From the IMG/VR virus record IMGVR_UViG_3300031473_000002, positions 1 through 41,322 of that record: 41,322 nt of DNA; one strand, given 5' to 3'. The DNA comes from a virus. Its lineage: Duplodnaviria; Caudoviricetes. The notes under the pieces are model-generated. The model was given only the letters and a program-made list of their open reading frames with translations, searched no databases and was not told where the DNA came from. Positions 33,430 to 41,322 of this stretch are shown in pieces (within the stretch, counting starts at the first letter, position 1; each line of letters starts with the position of its first letter). Made by a program: the position numbers and the translations under genes.

Positions 33430-35885
33430 TAGTTGTAGCTCCCCTCGACGGTGTGACGGACGGCGCGGGAGAGGCCGTCGGCGACCGCGTCACCGACGGC
33501 GCCGGGGTCCATGCCGCGGGCGTCGACCTGTACCGCACCGGGGGGGATGACGACGGTGACGGATCCGCCGGCGCCGGGTCTCGATGTGGCGGTGTCGCCC
33601 ATGACGGCATGTAGGTGCCGGCCGGTGCCGGAGCCGTGCATGGCGGCGTACCCGCCGCCGCCGCGGACCCGCTGGGCGTATCTGCCGAGGTTGGGGCCGG
33701 TGACGTCGAGGGCGCGGCCGGCTTGGTGGTCACCGGACCCGTAGCCTCGGCCGCCTCCCCCGATGAGGGCGTTGGTGACCTTCGTGCCGGGCCCGGCGTA
33801 GGCGGCGTGGGCGGCCATCGTGCGGGCGAGGTTATCGGCGGTCGACCCGTACCGGTCCGACCTCGATGTGGCGGTGTCGCCGGTGTAACCGCCCGCACCG
33901 AGCTGGGCGTCGACCTTCGCTAGCTGGGCGCCGGAGACCCGGTAGGACACGTCGATTTCGACGGGCTTCTCGCCGAGGGAGTCGAGGGACGCCTTGGTCG
34001 CGTCGATGTCGGCGGAGGCGGAGGCGAACTTGGCTCGGACGCCGTCGGCGAACTCACCGAAGGCGGCGTCGGCGGCTTTGAGGTCGTCACCGATGCCGGG
34101 GACCCACCCGAATGAGGAAGCGGCGCCACCGATGATGGCCTCGAACGCCCACAGGACTTTGTCGACCATCCACCCGGCGCCGTCGATGATGGCGCCGACC
34201 ACCGTCAGCCATGCCCCGCCGACGAGTTTGAGGTAGCCGATGAACGCCCCGGCGAGCCACTTGCCGAGGGGGACGAGGACCTTATCCCACACCCAACTGA
34301 GCCCGTCGCCGATCTTTTGGACGATTTCGCGGAACGTCGAAGATTTTCGGTAGGCGACGTAGAACGCTCCGGCGAGCAACGCGAGGGCTGTGACGACGAG
34401 GCCGATGGGGTTGGCTGACATGGCAGCGTTGAGTAGCCACTGTGCGGCGGCGGCGGCTTTGCTGGCCACCGACGACGCGATGGTCGCCACCCGGTACTCG
34501 ACCGTCCCGATGGTGGCCGCTTTGAGCCGGAGGAGGCTGACGGCATCGACAACGTTCTTGGCGATGGTGGCGGCTTTGGCGAGGGTGAGGGTGATGATGA
34601 GCGCCTCAAGAGCGACCTTTGCGGTGTCGGTGTTGTCGGCCGCCCACGCGAGCCCTTTGCGGAGCAGCTTCAGCGGGGACAGGAACACCGGCAGGGCGCC
34701 GCCGGCGTCTTGGAACGCCGGGATGATGGCACCGGTGAGGACGTCCCCGACGTCACTGAGAACACCGCGGACGTCATCGACGATGGAGATGAGCCGGCCG
34801 TTGGCGCCGACACTGTCGTCGACTGAGGCGACGAGCCCGTCGAGCCCGTCCCGTTTCCACGCCTGGGCGGCGTCGACTACTTGCAGGTATCGCCGTTGGA
34901 GCCTGCCCGCGCCGCCGTCGAGGATGTCGAACGCCGCCGCCGCCTTGGCCGACGCGGGCCCGGCGTCCTCGACGGCGGTGACGTAGGCGTCGGTGAACCG
35001 GGTCAGCCGGTCCACAGAGGGGGCTAGGCGGTCGTTGAGGACGCGGAACAGGGGCAGGGCGGCGAGCTTGATGAGGTCACCGATGCGGGTGCCGGCTTCC
35101 TTGAGTCGGCCGCTGAGTGCCCGCTGTTGGTTGGCGAAGCCTTCCGACGTACGAGCGAGGTCGCCGTGGGCGTCGCCGAGCCCTTCAAGGATGAGTTTCT
35201 GCCGGACCATCACCTTTTGCTGCTCGGTGAGCTCACCGCGCAGACCCATGCTCGCGGCTTTGGCTTGGAGGGTGGAGTCGGACAGGAAGATACCGAACCG
35301 CCGCAACGGCTCAGCTTCCCCGGCGAGACCGGACCGAAGGGCCTCGAAAACCTCGGTCGGGTCGGCGTTGTAGAAGCTCGACAGGTCGAGGCCGGCCTGG
35401 GCGAGTCGGGTGGAGAACTTGCCGAGCTCCCGGTTAGGGATGCCGGCGGCTTTGCCGAACACACCGAAGGTGGTGGCGGCGCGTTGCAGGTCGGCGGTGG
35501 CGATGCCGAAGCGTTTACTCATCCGGCCGACCCACCGGTCAACCTCGGCTGACGCACGCCCGAACACGGTGCCGAACGCTGAGGCGACCTCGGCGGCGTC
35601 CGACGACAGGGACAGGAGTTTCACTGACAGCGCCACAGCGCCGGCGGCGACGAGCCCGAGGGCGGTTACGCCAGCGCGGGCGGCGGTGACGAGGGTCCGG
35701 CCGAGGAAGCCGGCGAGCCGGCCACCGACGCGGGCCATCTTGTCGAAGCCGCGGGCACCGATGTTGGCCTTGGTGCCGGCGGTGACAGCTTCCCGGCCGA
35801 CCCGGTCGAGGCTCTCGCGGATGTTCTCAAGGGGCCCGGTGAGCTCATCGCGGATGGCGGCCCGTACGAGGAGGTCATCTTCCAC
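33429..35885 (-). CDS. Tape measure protein with C-terminal M15/LAS-like peptidase module
   Basis: 818 aa, Ala-rich helical, 'GEAEPLRRFG', 'AAMSANPIGLVV'; 'DHQAGRALD..HLH'. Confidence 0.92.
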   Translation of the reverse strand: MEDDLLVRAAIRDELTGPLENIRESLDRVGREAVTAGTKANIGARGFDKMARVGGRLAGFLGRTLVTAARAGVTALGLVAAGAVALSVKLLSLSSDAAEVASAFGTVFGRASAEVDRWVGRMSKRFGIATADLQRAATTFGVFGKAAGIPNRELGKFSTRLAQAGLDLSSFYNADPTEVFEALRSGLAGEAEPLRRFGIFLSDSTLQAKAASMGLRGELTEQQKVMVRQKLILEGLGDAHGDLARTSEGFANQQRALSGRLKEAGTRIGDLIKLAALPLFRVLNDRLAPSVDRLTRFTDAYVTAVEDAGPASAKAAAAFDILDGGAGRLQRRYLQVVDAAQAWKRDGLDGLVASVDDSVGANGRLISIVDDVRGVLSDVGDVLTGAIIPAFQDAGGALPVFLSPLKLLRKGLAWAADNTDTAKVALEALIITLTLAKAATIAKNVVDAVSLLRLKAATIGTVEYRVATIASSVASKAAAAAQWLLNAAMSANPIGLVVTALALLAGAFYVAYRKSSTFREIVQKIGDGLSWVWDKVLVPLGKWLAGAFIGYLKLVGGAWLTVVGAIIDGAGWMVDKVLWAFEAIIGGAASSFGWVPGIGDDLKAADAAFGEFADGVRAKFASASADIDATKASLDSLGEKPVEIDVSYRVSGAQLAKVDAQLGAGGYTGDTATSRSDRYGSTADNLARTMAAHAAYAGPGTKVTNALIGGGGRGYGSGDHQAGRALDVTGPNLGRYAQRVRGGGGYAAMHGSGTGRHLHAVMGDTATSRPGAGGSVTVVIPPGAVQVDARGMDPGAVGDAVADGLSRAVRHTVEGSYN

Positions 35886-35902
35886 GCTGGGTGGCCTCCT
35901 CG

Positions 35903-36144
35903 TCAGGGCTTGGGGGTCCTCGCTTTGGCCTGGGCTTTGGCTACCTCATCTTGGACCACGTTCGTCGCGGCTAGGCGGACGTGACGGCGCAACGGGTCCG
36001 GCTCAGCGAGGAGCTCGACGGGGTCACGGTGGAAGGTGTAGGCGTAGGCGGCCGCATCCCGGACCCGCGGGTCGGCGGCGAGGAGTTCGAGGCGTCGGTC
36101 GGTGACCCGGTCGACGACCCGGCCGACGCCTACCCCGTAGGGTC
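35903..36144 (-). CDS. Tail assembly chaperone, -1 frame extension (gpGT-like)
   Basis: -1 frame ORF overlapping the end of the chaperone gene, no good RBS of its own, ends just before the tape measure. Confidence 0.6.
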
Positions 36145-36780
36145 CTCGCCGAGGTTCTCCAGCTCGTCGCCCCACCCGGCGTCACGGAGCACCGCTCTGG
36201 CGGCCGCGTCGACGTGCCCTTCGAGGCCGTACACCTTGAGGACACCGTCGACGATGCGGTTCCCCACACCGAGGGCTCCCATGAGCGGTCGGTCGCGGAA
36301 CGTCTGCTCCTCCCCGTCGAGGCGGATGGGGCGGCCTTGGCGGTAGAGGCCGGTGTTGGTTTCGGACAGGCACAGGGCGGCGAACATGGTGGCGTTGACG
36401 GTGCGGCCACGCTTGGCGCGTTTGCGCCAGGAGTCGATCTGCCCGGAGCGGATGTCGATGCGGTAGATGGCCTCCCAGCCGGGTCGGCCGGGGATGGGGA
36501 GGGTGGTGGTGGGGACGGTCTCGGTGTCGAGGTCACGCCGGATTTCTTCGAGTGGTGTGTCCGAGCCGTCGTCGGGGTCTAGCTGGGTGCCCGCTGTGCG
36601 GGGCTCTGTGGCGGGTCCTGGGCCGTAGACGGGGTCGGTGGGGGGTTGGGCCACCTGGTGAGGTGTTGGGGTCTCAGGGTGGACGTCAGCGCCGGCGTGG
36701 GGGCCGTAGATGTCGGGGTCTCGGTAGTCGTCGTCGATGCCGACGGTGAAGGGGGGGCGCTCAGCGCCGGGGGTGGTCAT
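36130..36780 (-). CDS. Tail assembly chaperone (gpG-like)
   Basis: Between tube and tape measure; ends 'EDPTG*'. Confidence 0.72.
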   Translation of the reverse strand: MTTPGAERPPFTVGIDDDYRDPDIYGPHAGADVHPETPTPHQVAQPPTDPVYGPGPATEPRTAGTQLDPDDGSDTPLEEIRRDLDTETVPTTTLPIPGRPGWEAIYRIDIRSGQIDSWRKRAKRGRTVNATMFAALCLSETNTGLYRQGRPIRLDGEEQTFRDRPLMGALGVGNRIVDGVLKVYGLEGHVDAAARAVLRDAGWGDELENLGEDPTG

Positions 36781-36898
36781 TGGGGGGGTGTCCTCTCGCT
36801 GGGGGGGGTGACCCGACGTTAGCGCCCCAATGTGCCCGGTGGGCGGAGTTACGGCTTACACCACGCCGCGCACCCGACGGGGCGGTGAACCCATACCT

Positions 36899-36937
36899 CA
36901 AGAAACAAGAAACAAGAAACTAGAAACTAGAAACTAG
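36899..36937. repeat. AT-rich heptamer tandem array
   Basis: caagaaa x3, ctagaaa x2, ctag. Confidence 0.92.
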
Positions 36938-36943
36938 GCCGAC

Positions 36944-37378
36944 CTAGTCCTCGACGGCGAACTCAAGCTCATAGGTGGCGCCGTCGGAGCTCGCCGCGTC
37001 ACGGTCGGGGGGGCTCACCCGGACGAGGAGGGCGTCGGAGTGGACCAACGGCCGGCCGATGGGGACGAGGTCGGCGTCGGTGTCTTGGACGGAGAGGGTG
37101 AAGCGGCGCCGCATGGTGAGCTTGCGGAGCTCGCGGACGATGACGCCGTCCCGGTGTGGGTAGTAGGGGCGGCCGACGACGATGTTTCCCGTCGACGCTG
37201 GCGCGGACAAAATGATGGGTCGCTTTTTCCCGCCGTCCCACACCATCGTCGTCTCACCGGAGGTTTCGCCGCCGCTCTTGGACGCCCACAGATCCTCGAT
37301 GCCGTGGACCTTGGTGCGGTGTTGGCGCTGGGACGCGGGCCGGCGGTCCTCACGCTCGGGGTTGCCGATGGGTGGCAT
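36944..37378 (-). CDS. Tail tube protein
   Basis: 144 aa after the sheath; 'WASKSGGE..GNIVVGRPY..YELEFAVE'. Confidence 0.8.
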   Translation of the reverse strand: MPPIGNPEREDRRPASQRQHRTKVHGIEDLWASKSGGETSGETTMVWDGGKKRPIILSAPASTGNIVVGRPYYPHRDGVIVRELRKLTMRRRFTLSVQDTDADLVPIGRPLVHSDALLVRVSPPDRDAASSDGATYELEFAVED

Positions 37379-37412
37379 TGGTCAGTCCTCTCCGGGTTCC
37401 GTGGTCAATGTC

Positions 37413-38885
37413 TTAGAGCGGCGCCGTTAGTCCGACTTTGACGACAGTTGCGACGAGGTCGACGGCGACCGGGGAGACACGGAGCGCCAGCTCTGCGCGT
37501 ATCTCATCGGATGCGAGGGTGGCGGCGGTGTTGACGCCGGGGCCGACGTTGACGGAGTAGCCCGGGTCGAGCTCGCCGCCGTCCACGTCGAGGAGGGGGA
37601 ACAGGCCACCGGCGGTGCGGATGGGTTCGAGCACACCAACACATTCCCCCTCGCATTCGGACAGCAGACCGCCGGTGCCGTCGATGGGCCGGCCGACGTA
37701 GTCCTCCAACCGGGCCTCGATGGCGGTGACGGCAACGTTGACGGTGTCCCGGCCGTTGAGCATCGCGTAGTTGACCTCATCGGTCGACATCGACCGCCAC
37801 CCGTAGAGGCGGGTCGTGCCGGCGATGGGTCGGATGGCGGAGACATGGGCAGCGTCGAGGGCGTCACCGGCGGCCCGGTTGATGTCGGTGACCGGCCCCA
37901 GCGCGTAGCGGGCTTGGCCGATGCTTCCCGCTGGGGGACGCCACGGCCCACCGGCTTCGGCGATGGCGGCGGCGCGTTTGCCGGCCGCGAAGCCTTCCGG
38001 TGAGATGGCGGCGATGATGTTGCCGGTGATGGGGACCCGCACCCAGGGGTAGAGGAGGGCACCGAAGGAACGGTCCTCACCGGGCCCGATGAGGGTGTTT
38101 GCGAGGGCTGTGATGGCGGCGATGTCGGCGGTGGGTGGGCCTGCCAGGAGTGCGGCGCGGCGGGTGGCGGCGGCGTGCGCCATGAGGCTGAGCCCGACGG
38201 TGGTGGCGCCGGTGACGGTGCCGGCGGAGTACCCGGGCATGGCTACCGCACCGGAGCCGAGGTCGGCGCCAGCTCGGGTGTTGAGTGCGGCGAGGACGGT
38301 GGTGGCGGTCACCGCGGCGCGGTCATCGTTGCCGGCGGACAGGGCGGCCCGGGCGGCCGGTGCCGGGATGGTGGCACCCAAGGCGGTGGCGCGGACGTAG
38401 CTCGATCCGAGGAGGGCGTTGGACACCGCGGCGGGCGAGTCGACGTCGGCGAACGTCTCGACGAGTGCGCCCTTGAAGTAGACCCGGGCGGTGACGAGGC
38501 CGGCGACGGAGCCGGCGATGACCTCAACCTCGACGTCTGTTGACCACGCGCCGGCACCCAGGGCGTCGAAACGGACCGACGGGGCAGGGACACCGGCGGC
38601 GTCGTTGATGGTGCGGGTGCCTACGGCGGCGGCCGCACCGACGGCGCGGATGACGTACGCCTCGCCGCCGCCTTCCTCGAAGTAGGTGCGGAGGTCGTCA
38701 TAGACGGCTCCGTACGCCTGCCGGGTGCCGAAGTATGCCTCGAACTCCACCATCGACCGAACCCGGACGGCGGCGTCGGTGCGGCCACGCTCGGTGAGGC
38801 CGGCGACGAAGTAGCGGGCGGTCGATGGGATGTCGGGGGTGACGGGCCCTGACCGGGTCGTTGTGCGTACGATTACGCCGGGCAT
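37413..38885 (-). CDS. Tail sheath protein (contractile tail)
   Basis: 'MPGVIV..FVAGLTERG..YFEEGG', 'ALLYPWV', 'RPPAG', 'RLYGWRS', 'SPVA'. Confidence 0.93.
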   Translation of the reverse strand: MPGVIVRTTTRSGPVTPDIPSTARYFVAGLTERGRTDAAVRVRSMVEFEAYFGTRQAYGAVYDDLRTYFEEGGGEAYVIRAVGAAAAVGTRTINDAAGVPAPSVRFDALGAGAWSTDVEVEVIAGSVAGLVTARVYFKGALVETFADVDSPAAVSNALLGSSYVRATALGATIPAPAARAALSAGNDDRAAVTATTVLAALNTRAGADLGSGAVAMPGYSAGTVTGATTVGLSLMAHAAATRRAALLAGPPTADIAAITALANTLIGPGEDRSFGALLYPWVRVPITGNIIAAISPEGFAAGKRAAAIAEAGGPWRPPAGSIGQARYALGPVTDINRAAGDALDAAHVSAIRPIAGTTRLYGWRSMSTDEVNYAMLNGRDTVNVAVTAIEARLEDYVGRPIDGTGGLLSECEGECVGVLEPIRTAGGLFPLLDVDGGELDPGYSVNVGPGVNTAATLASDEIRAELALRVSPVAVDLVATVVKVGLTAPL

Positions 38886-38888
38886 CGG

Positions 38889-39128
38889 CTACTCCTCATC
38901 GGTGCGGCCGGCGGCGGAGCTTCGGCGGCTCGGCGCGGGCTCGGGGGTTTCGTCGGTGGTGGCGGTGACGACGAGGAGCCCGGCTTCGATGAGTTCATGG
39001 GCGACCCTGCCGTCGACTGTGCGGCCGTCGATGTCGACGCCTTCGCGGGTCCCGTACCCGTCGACTGTGCGGCCCTCGACGTCGATGGCGAGGGGACCGG
39101 GGGTGGTGTTGTAGACGGTCGCGGTCAT
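38889..39128 (-). CDS. Small tail-region protein (probably leaderless)
   Basis: 79 aa, MTATVYNTT; CTCCCACCG-N18-CATCCT-N7-ATG upstream. Confidence 0.65.
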   Translation of the reverse strand: MTATVYNTTPGPLAIDVEGRTVDGYGTREGVDIDGRTVDGRVAHELIEAGLLVVTATTDETPEPAPSRRSSAAGRTDEE

Positions 39129-39144
39129 GGCATAGAGGATGCTG

Positions 39145-39783
39145 CTAGAGGGCGGGGTGCGGTGGGAGGTCTGCCGTGTCGGGGCTGTGTGCGGTGGCGG
39201 TGACCCGGTGTGTGGTGACGACGCCCAGCGCGGTGACCGGGTCGATGGTCTCGATGACGAGGGCGTCGGCGGCGACGTACGCCGGCGCGATGGTGCGGCT
39301 CGCGTCATCTTGGGCGAGGGGCCCGTAGTCCTCGGTCAATGCGAGGGGGTCGATGACGGGGCCTTCACCGGCGAAACCTTCGACGGTCCCGCCGCCGGCG
39401 GGGACCGGGTCGGTGAGGGTCCGCCGGGACAGCAGGACGTGACGGACCGCGAGGACGTAGCGTTTGCGGAGGAGGTCGACGTCGCGGTCGTCCTCGTGGC
39501 GGACCCACAGGAACACCCGGAACGGGTAGCGGGCGATGTAGGACTCGGAGTTGTCGTCGGAGTGCCGTGCCGGGGTGAGGCGGGTGAGGGCGGTGACGTC
39601 GACGAGGACCGCCGGCCACTCCTCCAACGGGATCCGCCACCGGTCATGGGGTTCGATGATCGCCGGGTCGGGTAGGTCGGCGGCGGCTATGCCGCGGGCG
39701 GCTCGGACGGCCGCCAGGTGGGCGGGCAGTTTGAGGGTGAGCCGGGCGGCGAGGGTGTCGGCGACAGCTTCGGGGCCGAGCAT
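39145..39783 (-). CDS. Tail terminator/completion protein
   Basis: Position before the sheath; 'EWPAVLVD..YPFRVFLWV'. Confidence 0.65.
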   Translation of the reverse strand: MLGPEAVADTLAARLTLKLPAHLAAVRAARGIAAADLPDPAIIEPHDRWRIPLEEWPAVLVDVTALTRLTPARHSDDNSESYIARYPFRVFLWVRHEDDRDVDLLRKRYVLAVRHVLLSRRTLTDPVPAGGGTVEGFAGEGPVIDPLALTEDYGPLAQDDASRTIAPAYVAADALVIETIDPVTALGVVTTHRVTATAHSPDTADLPPHPAL

Positions 39784-39786
39784 CGG

Positions 39787-40248
39787 CTACACGTCCCCGG
39801 TGACTATGAACCGTTGGATGCGGCGGACCCAATCACGCCGTGTTGACTCGGGGAACTCAACAGGTCGCCGTCGGGGGAGGGTGCCGCCGCCCTTTTGGTG
39901 GTAGCCGCCGTAGCCCACACCGGATCCGATGACCATGAAACCGGGTTCGAGGACCTCGACCCCGAGGGGCCGTTCGGTCAGTGACTCATGGAGGAGCCCG
40001 CCGCGTTGGAGGATGGGTTTGCCGGGGTAATGGCGGGCCTTCCAGTGGGCGTAGCGGGGGGACAGCTCCGGCCACCCACCGGAGGCGTAGGCGCCTTCGG
40101 TGGCGAACTGTCGCCGTTCGAGTCGGACGAAACGGTTGGTGAGGTCATCCCACAGGGCCCGGGCGTCGCCGAGGTTGTCACCGAACCGGGCGAGGGTCCT
40201 ATCCAACTGAACATCCCCATAAAACGACAGCGTCAGCCTCATAGCCAT
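39787..40248 (-). CDS. Virion morphogenesis/tail completion protein (Mu gpG-like)
   Basis: 'RQFATEG..WPELSPRY..KPILQRGGLLHESL..YHQKGG..LPRR'. Confidence 0.82.
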   Translation of the reverse strand: MAMRLTLSFYGDVQLDRTLARFGDNLGDARALWDDLTNRFVRLERRQFATEGAYASGGWPELSPRYAHWKARHYPGKPILQRGGLLHESLTERPLGVEVLEPGFMVIGSGVGYGGYHQKGGGTLPRRRPVEFPESTRRDWVRRIQRFIVTGDV

Positions 40249-40254
40249 CTCAGG

Positions 40255-40776
40255 TCACCACCGGGCGGTGCCCCAACGGGTCGCCGGCGGGAAGTTCCCA
40301 GCGGGGGTGTCAGGGTCGTTGCCGGGCTCAATGACACCGGTGTCGACGTCATCGCCGGTGAGTTCGGTGTCCACCCAGGCGGCGAGCTCGGCGAGGCCGG
40401 TCTCGAAGCGTTCCCACAGGACACCGGCGTAGGAGGAGTCCGCGACGCGGGCACGTTCGGGGTAACGGGCGGCCTCGGTGTAGGAGGCGGCACCGTTGTG
40501 GACGACGTCGCGGGCGGCACCCTTGAAACGGTCAAGTGGTGCGGGGGTGCCGTCAGCGGCCTCGGCGGTGTTTTGGTCGACGCGGAGACGTCGCCAACCA
40601 GCGACGCGGAGGTCGACGCGGTTAGACAGCTCAGTCAACCAGCCGGTTACCTGGGCGGTGATGACGCCTTTGCGGCCGGCGGGGAGGACGTCGGGGATGG
40701 TGGCTTCGGGGATGAGCGCCCGGACACCGGCGACGGTGGCGGCGAACGGTGGAGCCGGGGCAGGGTCAGGTGCCAT
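40255..40776 (-). CDS. Head-to-tail adaptor
   Basis: 'FAATVAGVRALIP', 'AASYTEAARYPE'; position after the capsid genes in circular order. Confidence 0.65.
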   Translation of the reverse strand: MAPDPAPAPPFAATVAGVRALIPEATIPDVLPAGRKGVITAQVTGWLTELSNRVDLRVAGWRRLRVDQNTAEAADGTPAPLDRFKGAARDVVHNGAASYTEAARYPERARVADSSYAGVLWERFETGLAELAAWVDTELTGDDVDTGVIEPGNDPDTPAGNFPPATRWGTARW

Positions 40777-41275
40777 CGCTGTCGTCGCCGGCGTCGGCGA
40801 CGTCTAGGGCGGCGGCGTCGGCTTGCTCCCGTTGCTTCTCCTCGATTGCGTCGAGGGCGTCGAGGACCGTCTTGCGTGGCTTCTCGCGTGCCTGCTCCGT
40901 GGCGCGGATGGCGTCGGTCTCGTCGGGGTGGGCGTTGATGTAGGCGACCGCCTCGCCGATGTTTCCGGTGGCGGCGAAACCGACCGGCTCCTCGGTGGGA
41001 GGGGCCGATGTCTTGGCTGGGTCGATGGTGGCGGCGAGCTCGTCTCCGCGGGTCGCCTGCTCCTCGGTGAGGTAGACGGTGTCGCCACGTACGGCGATTT
41101 GGTAGCCGCCGTCGGAGTCGAGGAACATGAACCGGTCGGACTTGACGAGTCGCTCAACGGGTCCGTCGCCAGCCTCGGTCCCGGTTGGTGCAAGGGCGGT
41201 GGCTTCGGCCTCGACCTGGGCATCGGCGGCCGCGAGAGCCGCGAGGGCGGCGGCGCGGGCTTCCTGGGCACTCAT
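40766..41275 (-). CDS. Head-associated hypothetical protein
   Basis: Follows the major capsid gene across the circular junction; 'EAVAYI..IRATEQ..KPRKTVLDAL'. Confidence 0.65.
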   Translation of the reverse strand: MSAQEARAAALAALAAADAQVEAEATALAPTGTEAGDGPVERLVKSDRFMFLDSDGGYQIAVRGDTVYLTEEQATRGDELAATIDPAKTSAPPTEEPVGFAATGNIGEAVAYINAHPDETDAIRATEQAREKPRKTVLDALDAIEEKQREQADAAALDVADAGDDSDGT

Positions 41276-41322
41276 TGGGATCCTTCCAGCGGTGGGACGG
41301 GGGGGGGGGGGGGGTTACAGGC
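41187..41322. repeat. Terminal overlap, copy 2
   Basis: Matches 1-134 with a G16 instead of a G14 run. Confidence 0.95.

Overview
Apparently complete, circularly permuted genome (~41.19 kb plus a ~134-136 bp assembly overlap) of a high-GC tailed phage, probably infecting a non-mycolata actinobacterium (inference from GC content, gene families, DnaA-box type and no recognisable LysB). Essentially all genes are on the minus strand. Read in transcription order there is a contractile-tail module (adaptor, terminator, sheath, tube, chaperones, tape measure, LysM protein, hub, spike/fibre, gp25/J/I baseplate), a lysis module with two separate small endolysin genes, an early/replication module (RecT-like, HTH initiator with iterons and DnaA boxes, RuvC-like, XRE HTH, beta-clamp-like, SNase, two HNH), a large terminase with a class-3-type LAGLIDADG intein, a doubly disrupted Spo11/TopoVI-A-like TOPRIM gene, Mu-like portal and MuF, an island of small genes, then protease/scaffold, decoration protein and major capsid. 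No integrase, ParA, DNA polymerase, tRNA or CRISPR was recognised. The most notable signals are: (1) a recurring promoter architecture STCCNMCCR-N18-NANNNT-N6/7-start at seven sites, mostly predicting leaderless late mRNAs; (2) an array of mini-genes sharing junction sequences; (3) a peptidase domain in the tape measure flanked by exact 20-bp repeats; (4) the atypical intein N-terminus; (5) an AT-rich heptamer array. All functional calls come from motif recognition by eye; no database searches were run.
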